Shown piece after piece: positions 28,380-40,927 of a stretch of DNA of 64,000 nucleotides. A model generated the notes under the pieces. That model did not search any database, was not told the DNA's origin, and saw only the letters and a program-made list of their open reading frames with translations. How positions within the stretch are numbered: the stretch's first letter is position 1; each line of letters opens with the position of its first letter. A program made the translations under genes and the position numbers. This DNA is from Kudoa neothunni (lineage: Eukaryota > Animalia > Cnidaria), in contig OZ199839.1 of NCBI GenBank assembly GCA_964304625.1, positions 965,980 through 1,029,979 of the forward strand, read 5' to 3'.

Positions 28380-29068
28380 GTAAGTTTCAGAATTAGAGAC
28401 AAGTTGTTGTCCTGTATACTGGACAACATCCGACACGAAAGGGTTAACGTTAATTTTGTAATTTGTTAAATCCATCAAATATGTGTGCAAATACATAAAT
28501 AAAGTATCTGATATTGCAATGTACTCGCCAAACAAGCAATACATCAACGACAAAGTTATGCAATTTCGAATGGAAAGATACATTAGCACTAGCGGAGCTT
28601 TTTGGCGGATATTTGGTTTTGAAATTCAAAATCGGTATCCCGCCACTCAGCATTTCAGTGTCCATCTGGAAAATGGCCAACGCATATACTTCACCGAAGA
28701 AATGTTGTTAAGTCAGGTACAAAATCCAAGGATACAACACTCATTGCGTTCTTCAAAATGTATGGAGTTGATTCCTTTGCCAAAACTCTCCTTTACAATC
28801 AAATACCGTCCTAATATATATGGAAAAATAACAAATGGGTTCGAAAAAAGCGTGACCTATCAGTTGAAGGACACCCGGGTGTTAAAGTTGATCTAATATT
28901 GGGAAGAGTATACACCATTCATCCTAACCAGTATGTCTTCCTTCGAGAACCCTGTTTTCACGCGGTGAGTTACATGTTGTCGTGCCTCGCGTTGGTTCAA
29001 ACGAAAGCTTTACGTTGGCACCGGATGGAAAATCAAATAGCATAGTCTATTCGGAGGCGTTAAGATAA
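28380..29068 (+). pseudogene. Internally deleted Helitron Rep/helicase remnant
   Basis: KYVCKYINK, RYIST..AFWRIFGFEIQNRYP...VHLENGQRIYF and GRVYTIHP, fused to a PIF1-like C-terminus (LREPCF..GELHV...RVGS...NSIVYSEALR-stop). Confidence 0.85.
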
Positions 29069-31799
29069 TAAAATTGCCATCGTCTTGGTACGAGTACACA
29101 CGTAACTTTTAATATTCTTACATTAAATTTTGTCAATTCAACAATAGTCGAATGATAGTTATCTATGTAATGTACATTCAAAACCTATTTTTTGTATTAT
29201 TTGCCAATAGTATGATTTGTTGAAATTCTTTGTTTAATTAATTTCCCTGTGTAGCTAAATATTTAATGGAATTTATGCTTAGGCTATATCTTTTGAAATT
29301 AGAAGCCTGAATATGATTTTGGAAGATAAATTTTCGTTGAAACCATGCAAGGTTATTCGTTCTAAATTATTTTATTTTCGAAACAACCCTATCTATTTCA
29401 TTTATTAGATTAGATTCTGCGGACTTTTTACTTTCGTTAATTCTTCTCTTATTGATAAATAACACATGTGTTTACTGAAGATACCTACTGAATACAATTA
29501 AACATTATTGTTTATGTCGAGTGATATGATTATTGATATTTCTATGAAGAAGCGTTGAACATTATTTTAGATTGGTAACTAAACCAAAAACTGGATTAAT
29601 TCAGTTTTATCCTTTTTCTATTATATTCGCACCAAATGGAGTATTAAGATTGTAAGAAATTAATGTCTATGTTATACTGAAATAATCATGGCATTATTTA
29701 GAAAATACCCTGGAAGATAATTGAATTTACTTTTTGTAACGACTACCAACCCATTGGTTTTATGTCGAGTATGCTATTTCTTATTTTGCAAACACTTTAA
29801 TATCGTGATTTAATGGTTTATTCTGGTTTTTATCGGTAATAAACGACTAATATGTTTTCGCATAAACCATCATGAGAATTAGTGTGTTTGTGAATGGCTA
29901 TGAGAGGTGCGTTGGTTTGTACGAAAACATATTTGTCTCTTAAAGTGTTTTAACGGAGACCGTAAAGATTCTATTTCTGATAACAAGTAATCGAGTATAC
30001 ACGACGTTCGGACAAAGTTGGAAGTTGGGCAATTTTTAATACATTTATACATTAATTTTTATAAAGTATAGATTAGTATTTGTATATGTCCATGAATTTT
30101 TTTGAATCAGTCATTGTCCTAAATGGCAATAGGGTTTTCTCGATTTTAAAAGCCCTAACCTAATAAACAAATATGTTGAAAATGGAATTATTACTTTATT
30201 TGCATAAGAATAAACATTTTAATATCGCGTAAGGTTTATTATTTAAAATATAAGGACAACTATCGCGATTTGCTAAGCTTCGCATGGGATTGGGCTATAT
30301 TTTATCGTCGCAGAACACGTTTAAAAAATACATGAATTCATTCAAGCTATTAAAAAATTAAATTGATTTTATTTAAATATCTTACTTTAACTGAACTGAT
30401 ATGCACAATTAAAATTAATATCATCATAGGAAGATCATAAAAATAGCGATCAACTATACAATTTAATTTGATGTCAACTTGGGATCGTTAACAACACTTT
30501 ATGCGCACTCCTATAGTCTTGATGCAGCCCAATTTCCACTTTTGTTCGAATAATTTGGCATAAGCGTGATAACATGCTAATTGAAGATGAATTTTCAGCT
30601 GTAAACTGAAATGCTTTAATCGACTTCATTTTAACTTTAAATTTAAGGATTAAAATCCAATTCCACCCTGCCGATGAATAGTAAATCACAAAATTCACCA
30701 GTAACGTTATATCTCTCACCGTAAAATATTAACATGGTCGGTCTTTGTTTCTAACGAAGCTTCGCGTATATTTAATGGCATGTTCAATTCAATTGCATTC
30801 TTTCCTCTTTCGCTCATGTATTTTTTTAAATTGGGTCTCTACGCCCCGTTTCGTCTCTCTTTCTTTCGTCTACTCTTTACTATCTTCATTCGTACATTTA
30901 TTGATAATTTTATGTATCACAGTAAATCAAATTTAATCTACTTTTCTGATAAAACAGGAAAAATTGTACTAGAAAGTTGGGTTATCTGTTATAATTCGTC
31001 ATTATTTAGTAGATTTATTGTGATGGGAGATTACATGTTAAATGAAATTCATATTAAATTCGCGAGGAAAGGATTATTAAAAATCGGTTGCGTTATTATT
31101 CAAATCATTTGGGATCTCTCTCGATTTCGTCAATGTCAAATGTTGAGGTAAATAGACGACTTAATAAAAAATTTCATTTTCTCAAATTAATAGGAAACTT
31201 TTGTACCACTCATGGTGGTGTCCTTTGTGCCTTAGTTCCAACAGAATTATTATCTGAATGAAAGCTTCAACTCATCTTTTGAAAACGAAAAATTTGGTCT
31301 ATTACTATTTCAGAAACATTTTTAAATCGAATAATGTGATTTTTTCATTTAGTTTTTTTATTGGAAATCTTCATCTGAATATTCGTATTCAATCTTATTT
31401 AAGTATTTAAGAGGCTAAATTTGTGATTTGACGACTTCGTCTTGAGTATTACCTTTTCACGATATTGAATAATTTTTCCCTGCTGTCATCTGTCGTCCAA
31501 CTTTTTGAGGGTCTAATAGTTGATATCTGGCCCTAGGTGACGATAGTTTTATACATTAAGGATGAGTTTTATTTTAAGAAATTCGGAAAGGTATTATTAA
31601 ATGAAGTTTTTATTAATTTCATTAATTTGGGAATAAAATAAACAGTTGATAGAAATTTCGTGTATTCTTTGGAAATCTATTTTGTACCCTGGCGACCTCC
31701 CTCAAGTCTACTTTAAATTTAAATCATTGAGAATATATAGTCATTTTTCATTTTTTATTCCTTATGGAATATTTAAACCTTGAGGTAACACATGTAATC

Positions 31800-34700
31800 A
31801 AGAATCGTTATACATTTTATGTTCCGTCTCTATATTGTCTGTAATGATTTGTCAAACTACATTTTCATGTATTTTATTTTATATATTTTCGGCATAAATT
31901 ACATTCATTCTTCTATTCTATCGTCCATCCATCATGTTTGCTGTTAATGTGATTCCAATCACATTGTTTTGTTGGTAACTTAAAATGTTAATATATTTCT
32001 TTCATAACCTCCTAATGTTCGAAAATCCTTAACTGGCTTTGAAAATATCCATATTAATACAACAACATTCCGTTATATTATAAGGATTGATCATAAGATT
32101 AATAAAGACGAAAAGAATAAAATAGAGTTGACTCTTACTGACATAACCAAGAGATGAAGACAATAAAGCCAAAAATTAAATGAAATCATTGTTGTCATTT
32201 ACTAAAAACCTGTTCATGGATTCACCATACATCACATGTATTGTTAGTGTTAATAAATTCTTAACATGGTTATAATTGTTCCAACATTCACCTATGCTCC
32301 TTGTTTAAATAACAATAATTAACCAGTCTCCAATTATTGTTTACAACCTTTTCTTTTTTATGCAGCCTATAAGGGTCTTCATTTGGCGCTGTAGATAGTA
32401 TTGCCGTTACCAATAGAACTACTGGAAATCATTTTATATTATTTTAATTAATTCCCAACTTGTAACATGAAGAAGAAATAATTCCTAAATTATTTATTCA
32501 TCTCAATTTGAATATAATAACTAATATGTACAACCGTGGTTTGTGATTTATTTTTTTGGTATATCTTTTCGTGTAATTTTAAAGATTATATTCTGCTATA
32601 ATACAAAAAAATTAAATGTTTAAAAAGTTGACTATTTATGACTTAAATACAATCAGCTTAACTCTTCATAGCATCACCGGCTTTTCTCGCTAGTTGTTGA
32701 TAGTTTTTTGGGAATATATTATTTGTTTTTGGAGCCAAACTGAAATCATTTCATTTTGTTAAATATTTGAAAATAGTTGAAAAACCGACCGACTGATTTA
32801 TTTTGATATTTGTTGAGTTTATCAGCGTATGCTTGCATTTTAGACTCTGGGCTAACAACCTGTGGAAAATGTTTTTTGGATGGAGCTGGTTGTGATGTTG
32901 AGAGGTGACATTGGATTAGAATTGGATTGGATTTTTGGATTACACTGTTGTGAATTTTAATGGGTTCTTGGAATTTGTTGGGATAATACTAGATTTGTAG
33001 AGTTATTTAATGTTGATAACAAGTGGTTTGTTAGAATTTTTTGAATTTTTAGGTAATAGTTTCTTTGCATTGGTAAAATTTTTTTATATAGGAATTAACT
33101 TTTTAAGATGTTGGTATGTGCTGTTCATCAAATAATTACAGAATTTTCCTCTACTACAGAATAGTAGAGGGTTTCTTTATTATGATTATGGCTGTGTCGA
33201 GATATATTTTGGTAGATAGTAGTAGACAATGTAAGTTGATGAATTTAGGTGTTCCTGTTGAATTAATTCCTGTTTAATAATAGTCACAGGGTTGTCCTCG
33301 TCGATTGATGTGTTTTAGGGTTTTTCGGGGGACAGGGGTGAATAACTTAAGTAGTTATTACATCCTCATCTTCAATGAGTTAATTAACGATAGTATTATT
33401 ATTAATAGATTCTTCTAGAATAGCTATGTTCGATTCATCCATTATTTCTACTACATCTGATTGGTTAGTTTATTAAAGCTGTATCTTTAAGAAATCTGCC
33501 ACCATTAATGTGTCCATATCGTGAACAAACTTTGCGTGGTCATCATCAAACTACAGCATTTTGGCTGATTTTAAAAGTTTTGCATTAGTGGATGGATACA
33601 TTATTTCCTCGATGTTAATTTCTTCTGGATTATATATTGTTTGATCATTTGTGCTTTTAAGATTGTCTCACTTGAATTCTACCCCGATGGCGTCGTTAAT
33701 TATAGCGATATTGTTGTCAATAAATTTAATTTCTTGAATGTAATTAATATTAATGATGTTAATATTATTTGAATTTATCTTTGAATTCTTGATGTTTTGA
33801 ATATTGTTAACAAATTGGTCATTTGTTAGCTAATTATGTTGGTTATTTGGAATGTGAAAATTAAATTGAGAGGTTGATGTGTATGTGCATTTATTAGAAT
33901 TATTAATTTGATTTGTATGGTTTGTGTTGGTGTTTGATTTTATAATGCTTCTTTTTTATTGTATAAGTGTACCAAGAAACCATGATTATTATTATTATTA
34001 AATTACGATTTTAATTATCATTCTCCGTTGATTGTGAAATAACATTAGTTGCGTTGACATATTATTCGTAATCGCATTGCGGTTGATTATTGGTAGATTA
34101 TTCGAATGAACATAATTATGTAGAGTTCTAGATGATTTAAAAATTGTGGTAATGTAAACATTAACGTTATTGACATGATCAACAGTTATATTGGTATCGT
34201 TACTATTAATGGAATGATTGTTGTTAATTGATAAAGATGTAGGCGTATCATGTAGGTGTTGTTGATGTTGTTGACTTTGATGTTGATTTGCAATGGAAAT
34301 GGAATTAGTAGAGTTAATGTGAATGAATAAGTCATGCAAGGATTATCATGTTGATTATTCATTACGTCTGTCAATAACGTTCAATGTAGGAATTATATTA
34401 TTAGTGTTATCACCATTGATATTAGCATCGCAATGCACTGTAGCTGTATTGTAAATTACTTTTTGATGGTCAGTTGAGTCAGCTGATTCAGTTTGTGGAT
34501 TAGATGGATTTATGTTGAGAGATGAGATGATGTCGGAGAATTCGAAATTGATGGGTTCGAGTCGTTAGAGCATGCCGAATGCGTTAGATGTAAATTCAAT
34601 GTATCATTTAGAAAGATGACAAGGTTCTCGCAATCATACAATAGAAAGCCGTTGTCCGATTCTACTTCGGCGTGGGAGTCGCCTGATAAGTCCTATCAGC

Positions 34701-35496
34701 GTCGTTGTCAATGGTCAAGAGATAATTGTAATCCGCTAGCTCATTTCAGGTAATCTTATACGTTTCATTAGTAAGCAAATTAGTAGTGCTTTCTAACGAT
34801 GTAGTGTGTGGTGCTTTGGAGGAATTGTCAATTGGAATTTTGTTGTATAGATGAGAATGGTATTCCGTTGGTTGGATTGATATAGCCAAATTTAGTGGAA
34901 TGGTGAGATTATCAGGGATTAAACCGATTTCCATAAAGTTGTCGGTTTTCTCATTCAGTTGGGCAATAATGGCATTTTTAAAGGCATCAGTGGATAGACC
35001 GTATCTTTGCTTTCGCTCAATACTCGTTTGGGAAGTTTTGGGCTACATCGATTTATGACCTTCCAAACCAACTTTAATGATGGCCTCATTTTCACTTCTG
35101 ATTGTTCAATTGTTTCAATATTTGGACAAGCCAAGTCAAGTTTGTCTGTCGAAATACTCATCGATTGCATCATAAGCGTTTTCGCAATGCTTAGATGACG
35201 ACAACTTTTCGGTGAAAAGTGACAGAACATTGAAACAAAGTGATGTAATTTCGAACAAAGTCAGCCACACTTTTAACAGTTTGAGATAGTTTAGAACATG
35301 TCCATTTCATTTCTAAATAAATAGAATATAGATGGAAAATCATCGGCGAAAATTCGTGATAGAAATTCCTCATCACAGAAAGATCGCGTACTGATTTTAA
35401 AGGATCTTTGTAATCAGCGCATCATAATTGAACGAATTGTAACAACATTTTTAATTTACGCTCCATACGAACGAAAAAATTTGTGCCTGCCAGGGG
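31800..35496 (-). mobile_element. Relic E: heavily decayed family-B-like retrotransposon (5' part)
   Basis: Colinear with B1: RNFYHEFSPMIFHLYS.YLE, RPSLKLVWKVINRCSPKLPKRVL, PHTTSLESTTNLL, KKHFPQV, and a decayed KSLQTI*RRN motif near 31820. Many stops and frameshifts; left boundary uncertain. Confidence 0.8.
35471..35496 (-). pseudogene. Decayed copy of the tRNA-3'-end/terminator junction block at the 5' end of relic E
   Basis: Minus strand CCCCTGGCAGGCAC-AAATTTTTTCGT aligns with CCCCTACCAGGCG-AAATTTTTCGT at the same position relative to the element; similarity stops at a TTAA (35497-35500). Confidence 0.6.
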
Positions 35497-35619
35497 TTAA
35501 GTATTTATTTAGTGCGAGTTAATAGACTTGTGTAACCGATAATATTAGATTGTTTAGCGTGATTATTGTTATCTCATTTATGAATAACGAATTCGTTATT
35601 CATAAATGAGATAATCTAA

Positions 35620-37017
35620 AACTCTCCCCCAAAAGGGTTTTAAGTAACATCGGTTTCCAGAGGGTATAAGTAAGTTAAGGAACGTTTGGAGGATTTACAT
35701 TGCTAAATCAAATGATTGCCGATCTCTGCAAATTATCGTGACTATGGAAGTTCAATAATTTTTACAATTTTCGATGTTAATTTGGACCCCTCGTTTTTTA
35801 CAATATCAATATTATCAACTTTCGGTGTCCTCTCGTTGTTATTATTGATACCAAGCACGTTATTATATTTTTCTCTTTAACTCAATAGATATTCGCGTTT
35901 CCAATGGTTATTGAATATAGATAGAAACTTGTAACCTTTTCTCCAATATTTATATGTATTCTCTTTTAATATCGTTGTCGAATGAGTCTGTCATCTATAG
36001 ATTTTAGCGAATATGGTTCCCGTAAGGTTGATGTTATTTTCCAGTAATTTTTTCGCTAGAAGTACAGGTAAAAAAGTTGTTAGCGAAGACACCCTACTGG
36101 TTCCATGGAAAGATGAAACAAGTAGACCACCCTTTGGCCTTGATGGATTTCGATCATTCAATTTATTTTTCTGGTATGCAGATGAATACTAAACATATAG
36201 GAGTTTCCAGAATTTATTGCGGGCCACAATTTGATTCCGAAGCTCCCAGGCTTGGTTTTCATATATACTTGAGAAGAGCACTACCTTTAAAAGTACAAGC
36301 CACTCATCAATAGTTGTATATCGCCCCGGAGAGTAGTATTTAAGACAATTCTCATTAAAAAGCTGAAATATTTTTATAATAGGTTCTAATTTATCACTTG
36401 ATTTTTCGTATCGTTGAAATCTTGTGGTTTTATTATCTTATCGAATTTTTTGATATGTGTAATGACATCTGTTTCTGGACAATACAGAGGAAAAGAATTG
36501 TTTGAATAATGGATTAGTATCCCATAAATTTTGAAGAGAGAGCATTCGTCCGTTACAACGTTCTGCAACAATCAAAATATTTATAAATGCTTCCATCTCC
36601 TCGTACGTTATGTCATCAGTGTTTTAGGTATTAATTTCCCCGCAACAATTATTAGTTTGGATTATAGTTTGGTCAATGATATTTTCTAAAAAAAACAGCT
36701 TGAATGATTCAGAAATGTTCGTAATATTTTTAACTTCTTCACAATTACCCGAAACGAAATGACAAAGTTGTGGGAAAGTCATTTTGTTCCTATACGACTT
36801 ACGTATTTCATTCAATATCAGACTTCGACACCAAGACTGAGTCAGTATTTTCATTTATAAACAAGCAGTCACTATCTCCTGATATTTCGCTTTCATCACT
36901 AGAACTATCTCTTTCGAGAGAATCGCCATATAATGAATTATCAGATTCAGACACTTCATACTAAGAACTATCACCTAGGTCTGTTGACGAGAAATCCTCT
37001 TCAGCATTAGTTGATTC
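35620..37017 (-). pseudogene. Degenerate piggyBac-like transposase interrupting the relic part of the array
   Basis: Acidic N-terminus, FKLFFLENIIDQTIIQTN, TIDEWLV..KG...YMKTKPGSFGIKLW and LAKKLLENNINLTGT; multiple stops and frameshifts. Confidence 0.75.
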
Positions 37018-38355
37018 TTACAGAATGGCCGTATCTAAATCTAAATTCGGCACGTCTTCAATCATGGCAAGTTCCGCATTCATTAATGCTTTCATATCAT
37101 TATTGAATCTTGTGTGATCATCCACATTGATTTCGTTTGGATTGGCGTAGTTTCTTGTTTGAATTATTGTTGTTGTCTTCTTCCATCTCATGCCTAATTT
37201 CTTCAAGTTTTGGCCTATCTCTTACGTGATAAGACCACCATTTAGTTTATTTGGAGTTTTTCAAACTGAAATTAACATTGGTTTCTCTGATTTCATTGTT
37301 ATTGTTAAAAAATTAATTCCCCGATGGTTAATTATATTGATATTAAAGTTGTTGGAATTTTGGTTTTTGTGGGTTCATTGTGTATTGTTATTAATTTGGT
37401 TTTTCACATATTATAGAGGTTGGTTAAACTGAATATTATGTTGATCATTATGTTGGATATTTTGCTGTTGTGCTAAGTGTAAGGGGAGCCAGCACAGTTG
37501 TGTCTTATATTGAGATATTTTGTTGATGGGTGTTTGATAATATAACACTTCTTTTGTATTGTTCATGAGCACCAAGAAAATTATCAATATGGTTAGAATT
37601 ATTCTCCAGAGTTAATTGTTTCATTGGTATATTGGGATTTGAATTTGGATTAGCATAGTTATGCATTAAAATAGGTGGGTTAATATTGTTATTCTCATTA
37701 CATCATTAGCAAAATAATTGTTATTATTTATATTGGTTAATTGATGTTGATGTATTATTGGCATATTATTTGGGTTAGAATCAGCGTTATTAGATGATAA
37801 TTGCGTGATGGGGATATCTGAGCTAGTAATTCTTTTATTATTATTGTTAATGTCAATATCAACTGTTAGATATGGCAGTTAAATTATCATTGCAATGCAC
37901 TGCATCGTTCGCGTTGTTGTAATCATAGTTTACATGGAATAGTTGTGGATTAGGATTATTGGATTAACATCCGGAGAAAACAAAATTGGTCAGTTCAAGT
38001 CATTTGAGGAAATTGAGTTGTTGGCCGATTCGTTAGATTGTGAATTTAATGGATCATTCAACGAGATCACAATGTCATCACATTCATAAGTTGGAGATTG
38101 GTAAGAGTCGGGTGCTGACTCATCGACGTCGTTAGTGGATGCCAGCTCATCGTTCGATTTTGAGGAGACAATATTGTTGATAACGTTATCAGCACTTAAC
38201 GATAGATTCGTCAACCACAGCATCAACAGTGGAGGAAATATTGGGATTTTTGGTAGGATTGAGTAATAATTATTTATGGTAGTATTCACTGTTGTATTCT
38301 GACGGAGAAATTGAAATTGCCAAAGTTAGAGGAATAATCAGATTATGGGGGATTA
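37018..38355 (-). mobile_element. Relic D: internal fragment of a B-like retrotransposon N-terminal region
   Basis: LIIPLTLAISISPSEYNSEYY, NDVDESAPDSYQSP.YECDD, FLGAHEQYKRSV and LDLDTAIL; paralogous to 38800-40190. Confidence 0.75.
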
Positions 38356-40791
38356 GCTGGTTGTTGGGAAGATTGAGAATTATTAGAGTGGATTTTAGTT
38401 TCACCGCTACTTTGGATGACAATGGGGTGATTTCTTGTTGTTGACATTAATTTGTTAATTTCCTGAGATAAAGATTGCGATTTAGATATTGGGTTGGGAG
38501 TTAATTTAAATTTAGATTCAGATTTAAGCGACTCTTCGACCTCAATAATCGAATTGTCCTCTAGCGCTGAATAGTAGAAAGTGTCTTCATAGTTGAGGTG
38601 AGTCCTAGGCGCGAAATATTGAGGAACATTAGGAGATGGGTCGTAGTAGATGACAAGCGAAGAATCTGGTGATAATGAGTTGTCTGGTGAGCTTTGGACT
38701 TGCTCTATTAATTCACTCTTGATGTGAATAGAACTGTCACTATCGTTAAGTGTTGGAAGTGGGGAAGTAACTTTAGTGATTATCACGTCATCATCATCAT
38801 CTTCATGATTAGGTGGATCTTCAAGAATTGCCAAATCTAGGATATGAGCTGGATTGGGATTGTATTCGATCATAGCAAGATCTGTGTCCATTAAAGCTTC
38901 AATGTCAGCTCTAAATCTTGCATGGTCGCCTTCTAGATTGTTTTTGATGGGGGCTAAATTAGAGGGTGCCAACATAATGTCCATTATGTCGATTTCTTCT
39001 GGATTGCCCACCTGATGATAATTACAATAATTATGGTTGTTAGAGTGTCCCTCTATTTCATCAATTATCCTTTCCAATTCTAGCCGATCTCTCTCGAAAT
39101 CTGCCCACCATCTAGCATCTCTATAATTTTCCGCGCGGATTTTTGCATTATTATTGGAATTAATAACATTACGTTGAGCAAAATGTTGTTTATTAATATT
39201 ATAAGTTGTTTGGTTGGAGTTGGAGGTAGGATTGGATTGTTGTTTAAGGTCATTATCGTTGTTGGCATTGGCATGGGTGTGTGTGGACAGAACATTTTTC
39301 TTGTACTGCACTAATGCATCCATAAAGCCAAGATCACTGTTGTTGTTTTGGGTGGTTGGCATAATATTTGGCATAATATTTAGTTCAGTTGACTTATATT
39401 TGGCTTAGTGACTTCCTCCGGGGAATTATGATTAGTGTTAGTGATAATGTTAGGGTTAGTATTAGAAATAACTATTGGACTAACATAATTGTGCATAGGA
39501 ACCAACGATTTTGTTATAATTATCATTATCCACATAAACATCATTATTATGATTAGAATTATTAGAATTATCATTAGAAATATCAATAGTGGTTATTGGA
39601 GGTAAATTTGAACTGATATTATTGGATATTGATTGCGTGCGTGAGTTGAAGATTATCATAATTATCAGTAATTTCATCATTATCAATGATTGCAGTATTA
39701 AGTGGATCATTTGATATTGGATTACAACGCATTGAAATATTGCAATCATAATTTACTTGTAATTGAAGTGTGGATTAGGATTATCAGTATTAGTATTAGT
39801 ACTAATATCATCTGAAGAATTCAAAGTTGGTGGGTTCGAGTCAAATTGATTGGCCGATTCATCAGATTGTAAATTGAGAGGGTCATTCAGGGAGATGACA
39901 ACATCATCACATTGATAAATTGGCGATTGGAAAGAGTCGGGTGCTGACTCATCAACGTCGTTAATGGATGCCAGCTCATTATTCGACTTTATTAAAGTGG
40001 CATTGGCGATAATGTTATCAGCACTGATAACAGATTCATCAACCACAGAGTCAACAGTATAGAGGAAACATTGGGATTTTGAAAGGGGTAAAGTGGCAAC
40101 ATTTTACGGTAATACTCACTGTTGTATTCCGACGGTTGGGTGGAAATGGCTTTGGTAATTGGAATAATAAGACTATCCGGGATTAACCCAGATATTATAA
40201 AATTTTCATTTTTAGCGTCCAATTCTTCAATTAGAGCACTTTTGAGTTGGTTGACAGCAAGCTTGTATCGTTCTTTACGTTCCAGTATGGCTTTTGGGAT
40301 TTTTCGTGATGACCGGTTTAAGACCATCCAGATTAACTTTAAAGATGCCTTTATTTTTAGCTGTTCCTCTACAGCTACAGACTCATCAATTTTATATGGT
40401 ATAGCCAGTGTTGGGGGCGTTGTATAAAAGTAATTGTCAATGATATCAAATAGCTCTTTAGGGAGATCCTCCCTAGATAAGATACCAGAAAAGATCTTCA
40501 GAGATCCATGGAACAACGAAATATACTTCCTAACAAAGTCAGCAATACATTTATCAACAACAGATAGTTTAGCACCACTAAGGCGCTTCTCCAAATATGA
40601 TGAGTAAAGGTGGTAAATTATCGGGGAAATTTCGTGCTCAAAATATTGTAACAAATCAGTCACACAAACTTCGCAATTGCACCGTTAGAATTGTTAGGTC
40701 ATACACACCGCAACATGCATAAATTTTCCATTTCCGCTCCGAAAAAACGAAAAATTTCGCCTGGTAGGGGGCTCGAACCCATGGCCTCAAG
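38356..40791 (-). mobile_element. Relic C: 5' 2.4 kb of a B-like retrotransposon, RT/RLE half deleted
   Basis: Starts with the junction block and the B-type leader GGAGCGGAAATGGAAAATTTATGCAT. ORF pieces HEISPIIYHLYSSYLE, ASLKLIWMVLNR, WWADFERDRLELE and PIVIQSSGETKI match B1. Confidence 0.85.
40758..40791 (-). pseudogene. tRNA 3' half (positions ~40-73, tRNA-Lys-like), junction 1
   Basis: CTTG-AGGCC-ATGGG-TTCGAGC-CCCCT-ACCAGGC-G reads as 3' anticodon stem, 5-nt variable loop, T-arm with B-box, acceptor 3' strand and G discriminator, followed by T5/T6 runs. The anticodon is absent, so the isotype is inferred. Confidence 0.8.
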
Positions 40792-40927
40792 TACACAAAA
40801 ATAGCGGGAAAAATAGTGTTTGTAAACTAATCTAATAAATGTTTATTTTGGGAAGGTGGAAGTTGGAATTGGGATGGTCCTTGATTGGTTGGATGATCTA
40901 AATAAAAATTAACAATTATTAAACAAG

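Noticed and set aside
30800-31800. Possible RT/RLE remnants extending relic E (YRHLG-like and RHN-like traces)
   Set aside because: Matches are too short and degenerate to support by eye; tBLASTn with the B protein is needed.
40758-40791. Functional tRNA gene at the junctions
   Set aside because: No D-arm, anticodon loop or 5' acceptor strand is present upstream at any of the four junctions in this window.
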